The notes beneath the pieces were generated by a model that searched no databases, was not told where the DNA came from, and worked only from the letters and a program-made list of their open reading frames with translations. From Azolla caroliniana (Eukaryota; Plantae; Polypodiophyta), in contig JBHGNT010000011.1 of NCBI GenBank assembly GCA_043228905.1, positions 19,344,001 through 19,408,000 of the forward strand: a stretch of DNA of 64,000 bases, in the 5' to 3' direction. Both the position numbers and the translations under genes were made by a program. Of the stretch, positions 47,748-62,500 are shown piece after piece; positions within the stretch are counted from its first letter, which is position 1, and the number at the start of each line of letters is the position of its first letter.

Positions 47748-49199
47748 CCTTTAAGAACTGATGGCAAGGACTCCAATTATTTTCAGAGAAAACTGTTGGT
47801 CCAATGTGGAATTATGCCATACCTTCGTTTATGTTGGATAGTGGATAGTAAGTATTGTTTTGCGTGTTCATATATGACATCATCTGGATCATCAGATGTA
47901 CTAGCTTTTGTATCTTACAAAAAGAAGTGAGATGAAATGTCTCCTTCTGTTTTTCTTATGTAGACTTTTCAAGTAATATACTAAGTATCTTCCTTAAAAA
48001 TAAAAATAAAAAGTTAGGAGCAACATGTGTGGTCACAAAACAAATGTTAATAATAAGATAGAATTAATATATTGGGATTGGTGTACAATAATGATTGACT
48101 TGACTTGATTTATAGAGTGAGGAACCTCTTTTATGGATGTTCAATGTATGAACTATGCATGCTTAAATGCATATGTTAGGAGTCACGAATCACGACTTTA
48201 TAACCTCAAAAAAGACTAGCATGACAATGCACCCTCACAATACTTCCAATCTAGATGACCATTCAATGGTTTAGGTGTTTATGAAGTGTTATGTTCGCAT
48301 ATTGGGAAAGTAGCATCAAATGTAGTTTTGACAAAAGACACAAAAATTGAGCACTACAATGCAAGGGATCATTATTGTCAAGTTCTTATTACAAAAACCA
48401 TGATGCTAAACATCACAACGTAGTTGCTCACAAGGTTCCAATGTCATTTCTAGACCAGAGTGCTTCATCTTCTTGCACTTCATGAAGAAAAGGTGGCAAC
48501 AAAAAGCTTGACCAATCTCAAGGAAACTCCTAATAAATCTTGGTTACGACGTAGACTCATCATGCACCATTGTTGATCTATTTTGGAATTGCAATATCGA
48601 CTAGACCCGACGCTAAACATTGTAGTATACAACCCAATGTTTTACCTCGAGTTTTTCGAAGTTTTAACAAAACATATAAGAAAAGAGTATTCAAAATATT
48701 CGTTTCATTTTCCTTTTTCTTACTCTTATTCTCAAACGCTCCTTGGTAGACAATCAAAGCTTGAGCACAATCTCGCCCTTGATAGGACGATGGGACACAA
48801 GTGATCATGAGACTAGTTGACAATGAGCATTTTGCCTTAAACAAGTTTTGGATCCCTGATATCATTATACTTTGATACAACTTACAAAGGTCTACTATTG
48901 ATCATATTGAACTATGCCTTTGATATCATTAACCAAAACGAATACTTGCATACATTTCCCACACAATGATAGTCTACCCTCTCAATTGTGACATTTGTTA
49001 GTAAAACTCATGAACATTGAGAGTCATTACCACTTTCACATGTATTATTGCATTGTTAATGTATCATGACGTGGGGAAAATGTGGATTCAGCTCATACTT
49101 TTTGTTTTCCCAACAATGGTTTATATTATGTTTAAAGCGATTTACATGAAATTTCAGCATATATTTTTACCTTTTCAACTACTCTTGGACTGCTATAGA

Positions 49200-50400
49200 T
49201 ATACATATGTCCCAAAGCATTAGTAATAACAGTTATACATGGCCACATGCCTCATGTTGGTGGAGGAAATACCCATAGCGGTGGCTGATACCGCCAACGT
49301 ATACAACCATTAACCATGCAAAATACCTTCATCCTTTCCCATCTCTTCTTAAAAACTTCTTGCTTTCGAAAGACTATATCTGAATCACCTATGATGTCAT
49401 CATATTCTCCTTTTAGTGTATGCACCAAGGTCACCCAAATCTCCTTGACTACACCCACAACATTCAATTGAATTTGTTGAAATATCCTTCGACATCTACT
49501 AGTCCACAAACCCCATAAGGTTATTGAACTAATCGTCTCCCAAACCACTCCATTCTGGAATAAATTAATAGGCATACATGGCGACACTTCCTCAATATAT
49601 CGACCTCTTCTATATAGTGCAACGTTAACCTTTTCTTTTTCATAATCTTGTACCTCACCCTTGATATCAACCCACATCATTGGCCCCCATTTATATACTC
49701 TAGAGCCATACACCTCATGCAAGAGACATAAAAACCTTTTCCAAACCAATTTGGCAGCCATACATGACCAGAATAGGTGATGAAGAGATTGCACCACTTC
49801 TAACCCACAAAAATCACACACCTTATCCACATATTTACAATACATCCAAACCCTAATAGGAACCTCATAATGAACAATCAACCATCTAAATAGAATAATC
49901 TTCTTTGGAATTTGCATAGCCCATAGCCATTTCCAAAATGTTGTCATGTGAGTAGGATCAACATTATAAGTCAACCATGTTCTAGCTTATGTCGGCCAAT
50001 GGGGTACCCTGCGTCATATAATCTCCCTTCCCAATTGAACAGAATATTGAAAAAACAGAATCGCCCTAATATCCTCCCCAGAATATGATTTAGGTAGCCA
50101 CTTCCATTCCCCCTATGTCCCAATCCAATTCACATAATGGTTTTCTCCCCACTACCCATAGATCCCACCATGGATGGAACATCATTAGGATTAGGGTCAA
50201 GGACCCAAACCTTGTCTACCATGGATTTGGCTCATACTCCACACTTTATATTGCAATATATGTTCTTCCTAACTATGAAACCATATTTTTTGTTAAATGG
50301 GAAAACCACACATCAATAGATGTTAGCACCCATCTTGTTTTTTGCCATCCAAACCATTATTTTCACACAACTTAGTTCACACTCACTAATTTGATGCCAC
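49200..50400 (-). mobile_element. L1-clade LINE ORF2 3' fragment (zf-RVT and C-terminus)
   Basis: FWKWLWAMQIPKKIILFRW, CDFC...SLHHLFWSC, LWTSRCRRIF, WRYQPPLWVFPPPT*. The ends are not well defined. Confidence 0.85.
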
Positions 50401-51142
50401 ATTGCCATCTGGGACATTGGTGTAAAAGTGATGAGACATCTACGTGACCACGTACTCCTATGCCCTTTTGGAGTTTGAGTAAGACGTTTTTTTATGATGT
50501 TTCGCCTTTGAGCACATTCAACTATGATTTCCACACATCTTCAACCCAACCCAATCCTTCCATGACTTTCTCTCGATGTCATAGTGTATTAGTGTGCACA
50601 TTCAATTGCAACATTCAATAATAAAGTCATGAACATTGAGAGTTCTCTACCCACTTTCACATGTATTACATATAGACTAGATGAAATGTTTTCTATAGAT
50701 TAACTAGGGGGACTAGAGCTCTAGTTCTTTAGCAAAACCAGGTAACACAATGTCATATCGTGGTGGGACACCATTATGAAGTTTGTGACAATAAAAAACA
50801 TTACAAAATACAACCCATTGTTGCTAGAGTAGCAGATGTCATGCCATAGAACGACACAATCTTATGTGTTGACACATAATGCCCTATAAAACCTAAAATA
50901 TTGTACACTTAAATTGATGACCACTTGCGTCAAAAGCTCATGGGGGTAACCACTACCTAAGAAGTTCGTTGAAAGCATGTAATGCGGATTAATGACCCAT
51001 GTGGGTGGTTGGGCGCTCTAAGAAAGAATCTAACACATGAATGACGATGCAGTTGGAAGTATTTGGATGAACGAAAGCTCATTACAAGCTTTGGCATATG
51101 AACCATATATAGTATCTACATATAATACATAAGAATATGAGT

Positions 51143-51392
51143 TTCGATAACATAAAAGGTAATACACAATAGGCAGAGCTCAAACTATTGGAGTTTCATG
51201 CCATCTGGGACAAAGACATATTTTATGGAAGGAGTTCTAATAAGGTGGAGTGGTTCTACTCTACACCGAAGTATTTATTCAAGCCGATGATTAGAATTTA
51301 GAAAAGGGGCTCATTATCTAAGGGTATATCTTTTACGTATAGCCGCAAGGCGTTTCTTAATATTAATTTAGTATCCTTTTTTGGAAAAAAAA
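51143..51392 (+). mobile_element. Short LINE 3' end from the same family as 46940-47409
   Basis: Nucleotide similarity to 47167-47405 (ggagtttcatgccatc, taaggtggagtggtt, aagccgatg(g/a)ttagaatttagaaaa). A-tail and a possible TSD atatgagt. Confidence 0.8.
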
Positions 51393-51522
51393 GTTATATG
51401 AGTCCGGATGGGTTATAAACATATGAGGCGCCGAATGAAATGAATAAATAAGATCGAAACACATATTAACATCTAGCTCAACATGTAAGTTCAACATAAA
51501 TTGAGTGTTATGTGTACTCTTA

Positions 51523-51952
51523 AGCTCAAAATTATTGAGTTCCCCAATTTCATTAAAAACGATGTTAAGGATACTTTCCATTACAAGTTACAACCAACAA
51601 AGTTCCCACAATGGCTCAAAATTATTGAGTTCCCCAATTTCATTAAAAACAATATTAAGGATACTTTCCATTACAACCAACAAAGTTCCCACAATGAAGT
51701 TACAGGATGAGAAATATGATCTTCATTTAGTTATGGTCACCATTTAATGGAACTAAAAATGGAATACTTACAAGTTTGTATAAAGTCCAACACTGTCAAA
51801 CAATATGCATTAATCATATTCTCAAAGGATTCTCCCTTGAAAAGAATGATGTTGCAGTTCTTTTGAGTGCTGATGGATTAAAGATTAACAAGAAATATGT
51901 AGATGGATTAAAGATTAACAAGAAATATTTAGATTGATTAAAGATTAACATG
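51523..51952. repeat. Tandem duplications (~91 bp x2; 30 bp x3)
   Basis: gctcaaaattattgagttccccaatttcatt... occurs twice. gat(g/t)gattaaagattaaca occurs three times at 51873-51952. Confidence 0.8.
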
Positions 51953-53748
51953 AAATCATTACATACGCTGTCGATGTTCAAATCATGATCATCCAGCTAC
52001 TAATTTCAAAGCAATGCTAGCCTTTTATATTGTAGTCACTTCAATTTATATAGAGCATTTAATCTAAAGTTAACATAAACTAATTAAAGATTATTAACGA
52101 TATATATCGGGGATATGGCTCTTCATATAACGAGTATTTATTATGAGGTTTGTGAGCTCTAATATAACAAAATTACGATCATACAAGGGAAATTATAGGT
52201 CACGGAGAGACCATCTACTTATAAACAAACTCATACCAAAGATATGATATTCTTTCATAATTCCTCGGAGATGACCGAAAGAAAACATTAAACCGGTTTA
52301 ATATTCATAAGAAGATGCACAGGGCCTAGAGTAGTAATCATAAAACGGACCTAATTATAAACCAATAATAACATAGAAGAAATCTTACTAGAATTAATTT
52401 AAAACTTGTCAATATGTGGTGAATTTTCCTATATTCCAACCATCTCATGAGTGGATAGATGAGAGGAAAGTGCTTGAAATGATGAAAGAGAAGTGCAGAA
52501 AAATGCGTTCTAAAATTCTAAATGAATGATAGGATTAAAGATAACGAAAACTCTTTGCCCGATTGAGCATCTAGAATAATCAGTGCGGTGGTTTTGGAAG
52601 AAGCAGGTCAATTATATGAACCACAACACGACACACACGCCCGATAGAGAAACTACTTTCATTCTTTAAAATTTGCCATATGTAGAGGGATTATACATAG
52701 ATAGATATGTATATATAAACCATTATTGGCTTAGCTATATACTACTAAAATTGGTTATGGGGAATGAAGCCTGGTCCAAATTGGTTAGGGGGAATGAAGC
52801 CTGGTCCGACGCCCGCGAATTTATAAGATTGCTCATTAATTATGATAACATTAGCAATGAGGATGATTACGATCGATAATTAAATCGTTCAAAATGATGA
52901 CACTTGATCGTTCACCGCATAATTAATGATGGTAATTAAGTAGGTTATTATGTATAAAAAAATCGGCGTCGAGCCAGGCGACCACTCCCCTCAACCAAAT
53001 TAGGCAATCATTGGTGATAATTAGATTTGAGTAAGTAAATGATTGAGTGGTGTAAGTACAACAATTACTATGATTCTATATATATACACACACACATGTG
53101 TGTGTGTGTGTGTTTATGTTTCTAATGGCAAATGAGAATGGAAGGACATATGAGAGGAAGATGTAAATAAGAGAAAATGGTGGAGAGAGAGAGAGAGTGT
53201 GTGTGTGTGTAGTCTCTTAAGAGGACTTTTAATTTGCCATTGGTTTTGGGGGAGGAGAGACAGAGAGAGGACAAGATAGGCTACAAATAAAAAGATTCCA
53301 AGTGCTTCTTTTCTTTTATTTGGTTTACAAAAGAAAAGGAGGAAAAAAAAGGCTGCCAAAAAAGAGGTGAGTGAGTGCATCTTGTTGGTTTATCTATTGA
53401 TCTTTTCTTTATACAAATCAATATGTATTATACATATTATATATATATATATGTATGTATGTATGTCAAAGTGTACAAATGTTGTTGTATGTCATAGTGC
53501 TACAGATTATGCTTTGTTGTTTCTTCTTCTTCTTTTTCAATGTTCCTTGCTAGCCACACTCCTCACATTGTCATCAATCCTGACTCTGTATCGTCTTTCC
53601 TTTTTTTAACAATATATTATTGTAACATACTGCGTTGCATCAAAGTTTAAATCCTAGAGCTAAAGGTTCCACTAGTCATAGTAGTGTTTGATATAGAAAG
53701 AGAAGGAGAAAGAGAGAATAAGTTTAACCCCAAAAGGTGTTGGAGAAT

Positions 53749-54110
53749 CGTCAATATCCCGTGCATGTTGAATGTAAGAAAAAAGTTGAATCATGAGCCT
53801 CAAGCTTGAGAGTATCATGATCGTCAATATTCTATGCATGTTGAATGTAGAAAAAGGTTGGTCGCAGTGAGGGCATGATGAATCATGATCCTCAGGCTTG
53901 ACACTATCATGGTCATCAATATACTATATGCATGTTGAACGGTAAAAAAGTTCGACGTCATGAGGGAATGATGAATCATGAACTTCAAGCTCAAAAGTAC
54001 CATGGTCATCAATATCTTATTGCATGTTGAATGTAAAAAAGGTTACACATCATGAGGGAATGAGGAATCATGAACCTCAAGATCAAGAGTATTATGAGCT
54101 TATCATGATC
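53749..54110. repeat. Degenerate tandem repeat, ~4 units of 70-95 bp
   Basis: Unit approximately tcaatatNNNNtgcatgttgaatgtaaaaaaag...tgaatcatgaNcctcaag...tatcatg. Confidence 0.75.
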
Positions 54111-56031
54111 ACCAAAACTTGGGACAAAAATCATTGTAGGTATATTCTATACTTTAAATGCTACGAGACAAGAGTTTCTTGGATATGTTATGCATGTAAA
54201 GAGAAAGAGAGAGAGAAGTCACTAGGTTTAAAAGTTTTTGAACCATGCTTGGCACAACTTACTAGTAACTATATTTAACATCATGTAAGCCAAAATGAGA
54301 AAGAAAAAAAAGCATTTAAGAAGTCTTTCTTACTGATGAATTAGGCTATATAAGATTAATATAGTCGTACAAAGAGAAAGAAGATTTGTATAAGAAATGG
54401 AGGATTAAGATGAGCATGAGGTAACTTGGGAGTTGGGACCTAATAACAAGACTAACGTAGGAGGTATATTTGGAGATAAAGTCAAATCGTCAGTCGAAGA
54501 CATGAACCTATGTGGAATGACAAATTAAATGAACAACGTATGTACATATATATTTGAAATTACATGGAGATTTGTATTTATAGAGTTGATGCACGAAGAC
54601 GATATTATTTGTAATAAAAAAATTAAAGTTGGGTTCCAATGCATTCCACTTTGTAGATCAATGTTGTAGACAATTAAAAGTACATGTGATGTGCAAGGTT
54701 CATACCTACATATTAGTCATGATGGAACGTTGCATAGATGTTAATCAATTTAAGTAGTTCCGAAGAAGATTGGAAATGGGTTCAGAATATCATGTTGGAA
54801 ATATTAATAAGATGAATCGTTTATGCGTCATGAGATTGTGAAAGTGCTATGTTTTAAATTATGATGTATCCCATCAAAAACTTGCTAGTTGGCTATGAAA
54901 TACGGCCGACAAACTTTACCAATTGTCATAAATAAGTACTTATGCTCCGTTTCATTACGCAATACCATTATTGTTATTAGAAGAAAGCCATGGGTATGTA
55001 GCCCCTAGCGACATAAAGCTAGTGGGCTATATCGTGGTATACCTAGCAACCCATGATACATGCTTGTTTGATCCCTAAAATAGACGTTCTAAGCAAAAAG
55101 AAGTTAAATAAAGACAGCTATATGTAATACATTGTCGTAAACATGCAATTGACATGCAAAGACTCTATCTTCCAACATCCACATTGCTCATATTCTATTT
55201 CCAACTATTGATTTTTAATATTTTATTTATCTATGTGCATTGTTGAATATACATGTAATTGTACCCGTACTACATAAACATAGGCCATCATATTCCATGT
55301 GGTAGTTTAAACTTTTGTTTTCTTGATGCACACCTTGCAATCGTGGACATGGAAGCTCTTGCTTATAATTTCAAAATTGATAGGCATGCCCATATTTCAT
55401 CGAATCAATTAAACTCTCTATGCTTTACTACTACACTACGATTTCTATTCTATATTTTCATAGATAAGAATAATGCAAAGATCATGGTAAACTAGTGGCT
55501 TGATATCGAATAATCACATACTTGAGAACTAGATATTTTTAGCATTCTATAGTCTGCCAAGACAAAATGCTTTTACATTGCATTGTAGTGTGTAATGTTT
55601 TGATATTTTGCAGATATTGTTTGAGGACATAGAGAAAAAAGACAAAGATGTAATTGTCTTTTATTTTTTAAAAATATGCTAAACTTTATGGATGTTTAAC
55701 CATTATACTTGCATGAATAATGAGTAAATTCGATTTGTTTACATGTGTGATGTACATATAGCCTCTTTTCGCGTGCCGTAGCTACAAAACTCTTTTGATG
55801 TTACATATTGTTCCATATGATGCCTGAAGAATATTGAACTTTGAAAAGAGAAGAAATAATGTTTATGATGTGCATTAACCATGTAAGCCATGTGTGGGAA
55901 ACTAACAAATTCATTCATCTTTTGTAATTATAAGATAATATATGTCGAAGGAAAACTAGTCGCATGGTGTTGCTCCACAAAAGCATGGTGGGAGGGACAA
56001 TACTATTCACTTTTTCCACGTGTATTTTAAG

Positions 56032-56118
<87 letters not shown>

Positions 56119-56544
56119 TTAAAAAATGGTAGAGTGCTCCACCAAAGAAAGAAATCAATGTTTCCCTCTTTCCCCTCCATAATTGGACATTTGATTGCTC
56201 TAGTGGAAGTTGATCGCACTAAGGATAGTCTTTATCAGTCCATTCGACATTAATCAAAGCACGAATACACAACAATTTATTGGATTTTCACGGAAACAAT
56301 GAAGAAGGCAATTAATTAATCACAATACATTCTAGGTAAGGTTAGAGTTTGTGACATTAAGAGTAGATTCAAGTTCTTTTAACAAACCCCATACAATGGT
56401 TCCCAATAATCTTACCTAGAATGCTTTGCTATTATTATTATTATTATTTCCAAAACAAAATATCCATCCATTAGTTTGAAAAAAGGCATATTTGCTACAA
56501 CCTACAAAATAGATGGAAAGGAGCTTTGTTATTATTATTATATA

Positions 56545-59500
56545 TTTTTTTAAAAGAAGGTTCACCTTGGTATTAATGGAAAGATGCCGAAAGGCTACAA
56601 CAAGTTCATACAATATATTACAACCCTAATATCCACATCAACCAACATGTCAAGTATCAAAAGCCCTCGTGAAGGTTGTTCCAAGACGGGGGGTGGAAAA
56701 AGCCATCTTGGTGGAGCATATCTCCACTTTATTCTTTCTCCAAAAGAGACGAAGAACTCACTGTTTTTCCAAATTTCTCTAAACTATTGTTGTCTCCGAA
56801 TCACAACCTCAGGCTCACAAGTTATTGCATCATATTGACCTCTTAAATTGTGTACGAGCATTAACCATACCTCTTTGACTAACTCAACTGCATTCTGTTT
56901 AACTTTCTAAAATACACATTTACATCTAGCCTTCCACAATACCCAAATGACTAGAGAAGATATCGTAGACCAGACCATATCCTCTTCCAAACAACGGACT
57001 GATGTAATATCAGAGACCTCCAATACATGTTTTCCATCGGAGAGCAGAAGGAAATCGCCATACTCCTTTTCATAGTTTTGAATTTCTTTAGCCAATCTTC
57101 CCCATCTCACAAAACCCCATGTGTACACCTGCCTACCATAAATAGGATATAACATTCTCAACATTATTTTCCAAACTACTCTAGCAAAAGGACATATCCA
57201 TAAAACATGGTAAACCGATTCAATGGGAGAACCACAATTGACACATTTTAAATCCTGACAATGTCCCCGCATCTATGACTTCACAGGAATGCCATAATGT
57301 GTCAACAACCATCTAAATAACACAACCTTTTTAGGAATTTGCATGGCCCATAACCATTTCCAATAAGCATTCAACCAAGAATCTGTTACATTACCAAATC
57401 TCCAAAAATTACAAGTTGTTGGTGTAACAGTCACACCTCTCCTTAGCATTTCTCTACCCATTTTTACTGAATACTGAAATGGGATTTGCTTACCTAACAT
57501 TCCTTACACTGATCTGATTTGCCATTTCCACTCACCAGGATCCCACAAAAGGCGATCAATGGGCTTAGTCTCATAGACCCATAAATCAGAGAGATTGTTA
57601 ACATCATTTGGATGTGGGTTCAATATCCATTTTTTATCTTTCTTCCATAATATACAAATAGGCAGCCTATTCCCTCAAGGTACAATTTCGTCTTCCACAA
57701 AGAGAGAATGAAGTCATCCAGAAGGCAAAACATCGAAGTAAAGGCATTCATGAGAGTTTTTATAACCCCTACATCCCTACATGTTTTCATCCCAATAAGA
57801 CATGTAGGGATGAAAACATACCATACCAAAAGAGACTAGTTTGAGAAGGTTGAAAGGAAGATATTGTAAAGACTCTATCCATTTCTGAATACATAATGTT
57901 GCCTCCCCAAATTGCACTACAAACTTGGGTTTTGTTTTCCATCGTTGAAGAAGAAAAAGTCAGCCAATTCCCAACAGTCTTAGCTTCACATTTATCAAAG
58001 TCAGCCCAATTCAACCTAGTTCGCTTCCCTAACATTACCCCATCTTCTGATGTAAATAGCGGGTTGAATATGAGGGGTTGACACAACCATTCCTCCTACA
58101 TGATGGTAGAGATTGGACTAAGTTATGTTTCAAATCCCTCCATGCCTTCATGATACCCCTAAAAAACTTATCTTGGCAAAAAATATCAATGGAATGGTTA
58201 AAATCTCTCAAAAACCACCATCTAATACTATATTTCCAATTGCCACCGGTAGAAGGCATAACTTTAACCATTCTCTGCCTTAAGATTTTTTTCCAAGGCT
58301 CCCCACCAGGCAATAAACCTCTTATAATAAATTTTCCCACTAAAGCCGTACATTGTAAAAGAGGCTCAATCAATCCAAGACCACCCTCGTCCTTGGGAGT
58401 TGTAATAACTTTCCAAGATACCTTGGCTCTCACATAAGAACAATCTTTAGATCCCCAAAGGAAATTCCTAATAAGCCTTTGTACTTGCGATAAAGCAGAA
58501 CGTGAGGACAACCAAGCTGATAAAATGTACTACATGGAAGCCAACAATACTTGATTGGCAATAACAACCCTTCCTGCCAATGACAATTTAGCAGTATTCC
58601 AATATAACAATTTCTTCCTTATAGCAAGCAACAGAGGAGATACATGATCTTCCGGCGAAATGTTAATACCTACCTAACATCCCAAGTATCTTTTAGGTTT
58701 CCCATGTGGAATCCATTGAAACCCTTCTTGTGGACACCACAAAGGGTTTACTGTGTTACCTACCTAGAACCCCGCTGATTTATTCCAATTAATAACAGTT
58801 CCAGAAGCATAGCAAAATGTATCGATAGCATGTTGTACTCTAGAAAGATTATCGCTAGAACCTTGCAAATACAAGGCTGTATCATCAGCAAATTGACTAT
58901 CCACAACCTGTTCCTCTAACCATGGCCATTGTAGCCCTTTTATATTCACAATATTACTTGTAAGAAAACTACAGTTAAACGCTTCTCCAAGCATCAAGTA
59001 TAAAAAAGGAGCCAACGGACAACCTTGTCTCACTGACCTCGAAATTGCGAATGCTTGGCCTAACTCTCCATCTACTAATACCCTACTAGTATCTGAGTTA
59101 TAAAGAGCTGAGACAGCCGTTAACCATTGATTAGGAAAACCCAACTTTTCCATGGTACCCCTCAAAAAAGACCAATCTACTCTGTCATAAGCCTTTTCGA
59201 AATCCAACAACAAGATTGCTAAATCCTCTTTCCTTTCTTGTGAAATTGCAAGCGTTTCCCAAAATAAAAAAATGTTATCCAATATACTCCTATCTTGTAA
59301 GAACCATGTTTGGGTGTTATGAATGATGTCTGATAAAAAAGGTTGCAATCTCATAGCCAACAACTTAGCATATATTTTGTAAATAGTATTCAATATAGTT
59401 ATTGGTCGCCAGTTCCTAATATCAACCACTACCCCTTCCAGCTTAGGAATAAGATAAATCATACCTTCGGTCCACTTATTTGGCATAAATCCAGTGTCAA

Positions 59501-62500
59501 ACACCTCCTGAAATGCAACAGTAATATCAGTCCCAATAAATTCCCAATAATTGCAGAAAAAATCTATTGAGAGCCCATCGATACCAGGGCATACATGGGA
59601 ACCGATTGCATCCAAAGCAACCCTTACTTCAAAAATTGAAATCGGTTTAACCAAAACATTTGTCATATGGAGTGAAACACGTTGTGGAAATCCTCGCGGA
59701 TGCGTAGAAGTTGGGCAAGACCGCGAGGGTCTTGAACCAAGGAATCAAGAAATGGGGAGGAAGAGTCTGTGGTTTACGTGAGCCTTGAGACCGCGGTTTA
59801 AACAGAGAATATTAGCGAAACGAGAGAGATAGTGTAAGAGGATCGTGTGTAGACACAAGCGCGGACAGAGATGCTAAGAACAACTTGCGTTTTGCAGATA
59901 AGTTTCTATTTAATCAATATATGTGCGTAGCGCTGTGGGTGATTACAACCGGATCAGTGTCGGTGGTCGAGCATAGGCTCTACAGTAGTCAGATACAAAG
60001 TGGAATCGGCACACAGAAGGTCGATCCCTAGTTGGGAGTACTCGGTTGTCTTATGCGAGCAGGGGAAGCGCCTTCCGGTGATCTCTCGTAGGACTCCTCG
60101 TCTGGTCTTCTCTCTGTTCCCTTTCTCCTCTCTCGATTACTTTCCCCCAAAATGACATTTTATAAATAGTCAAAGGTCGCCCCCTTTATAGCACAAGGAA
60201 CGACCGTTACAAGTCATTCATGACTTGTCCCTTTCCCTTCCTAGATTCTCCCCCCTGATTCTCTCTCCTCGTAACTCTCCCTACTTACGCGATGTCTGAA
60301 TCCCTATTAATGCCTTAACTACCTAGTACACCTCCCTCCACCTATGCCTAGTACTTACACTATTTAATTCACTAGGGATGTGCACTCGTGCACACTAGTG
60401 CTCCCGCCTGTTTCACCTTGTTTCTACCTATGGCCCGGAATCTTCACGACAACGTGCATGCATAGACTACCACACCACTCTCTGTCTCTCCAATTGATCC
60501 AGTGTAAAACATTCAATAGTCAATAAATTACTATAAAATTTCGTAGCAATATCCCTCATTTCTCCGGCATCCTCCATAATGGATCCATAATCCCTTTGTA
60601 GTTGTTTCTTCCCATTAGAAGTTTTTTTTGGAGCTACAAATTTGAAAAAATCAGCGGACACTTTATCCCCCACTTGTGCCCACTTTGCAGCAAATGCATT
60701 ATAAGTGCATTGAGCCCAAGTATCTTGTAATTTACCGAGCTTATCCTTTGCATTATTTAATTCCAACATCACCCACGTAGCCCATGGCATACGTTGTTGA
60801 AAATGTTGCAAAGAAGCAACCGCTCATTTCCTACTTAATATCTTAGTTTTGAGTTGACATTGTTCCTCCTTTGCTTTAGTACCAAACCAATTACTAACTT
60901 TAACAATTGCATCTGCAAACTCTATCACACACCATCAATTGTGATACACATGTATGCTTCCAAATTGCTAAAACTTCTCCTCTAAGGGCAACATCTACAT
61001 ACAAGGAGGAGGGTATAGGTGTCCTAAAGGACTTCCCTTTTTCCACTTTTTTCAAAGTAACAATAAGAGGTGAGTGATCTGAGAAAGTTGTCCCAACTAA
61101 TATCTGTAATGATCATCCTAGTGCTATAAAGAAGTCGTCAGCATTGAATCTATCTAATCAAGATATATTAGTACCTAATAACCGTCTATCTGATCTAGAG
61201 AATTGCAAAGATTCAACATGTTTGCTAAACGAGGGAGAGCACCAAGTATCTTGAAAACCATACTTAAAGCACAACCTCTCCCAAAAGCTCAATTCTGAAC
61301 CATATAAAACAGCTTGGCTACCCCCACTTCTATCCAACTTATCCTCAATCATGTTAAAATCTCCGGCCATACACCAATGATCCACCTGGGGTAAAGTATC
61401 ACACATATAATACCACAACCTCCTCCTATATGCTACTGCATTGTGAGCATATACATTTATAAAACCCAATTGTAGATTTTGGATTTCTAAAATAATAAAT
61501 TGCACTCTTCCCTCCACTAAAATCTTATAGCCAATCACATGAGAATACCATTTATGGGCTAATGCTATACAAACACCAGCTTTATTGTGGGATTCGCCAA
61601 TTGCAGGACTCCAAAAATGGACCCATGAACCACTAAACAAGGACCCATAAGAATTGATCCTTGTCTAAGTCTAGCCTTAAATTTTTTTGCTTGTGCACCA
61701 CCCAATCCTTGAACATTCCATGATACAATGCGAAAATTATTCATAGGCTAACAAAAGTTGTTTACCTTTCATCCTCTTCTCCCCCACCGTTGCTTTCTTA
61801 GGCTTAGTAATTTGCCCAGCAATCTTGAATCCTTTCCAAAGTTTCCTAGCCACAACTTTTGCGTAATAATCTTTCTTTAGTGAGGAAGAGAGTGTGCTCT
61901 TTCCATCCATCATCACACCTCCTTTCATAACCATAGTATGTGATTGCACAACCGATTTTTCAAGCATGAATCCTTTTGCATTCTTACCATGCCTTGTTAA
62001 GGCCTTTGTTTTAGCCCGAGTTAACCTTCCAGAGTATTGTGAACCGTTCATAAAACCTTCCTCCAACGATATCACAGAAGTGATCCCTTCATTCTTTTCT
62101 ACCGGGGTCATCGCTACCTCCATATTAGCCTCCCCTTGTAATGAGGAAGGCTCGAAAGTTATCATTTGTTCATGATCCTATCCTTCCCTCCCTTCAAGGG
62201 CTTCTCTTTCATAGAACTTACAATATCATTGTCAATTACAATATCATAATCCTCCTCTCTACCACTTCGTACACCATTATTACTAAAAGGGATTATTTGT
62301 AAATCTGATTGGTTAACTTGTGGACTATCATGACTTGCATTTGGTGTCTTTCTAGATGTTACCCCTACACCATAATATGTCCTCATCGAGGATTTCATAC
62401 CATACTTCCTCCTGCCTTCCGTCCAACCTTCACCATTTGTGTTGCTAACAAAATCCTTTTGTATAATTTGTTCATCTCGAACAGGAAAATCTTTGACCAC

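Noticed and set aside
53100-53620. Microsatellite-rich, promoter/5'UTR-like region with a GTGAGT donor-like site
   Set aside because: No recognisable coding exon could be linked to it.
60020-60060. Faint 5S rRNA C-box-like text (gggagtactcggttg) in the solo LTR
   Set aside because: The match is too short and there is no A-box. Not Cassandra-like.
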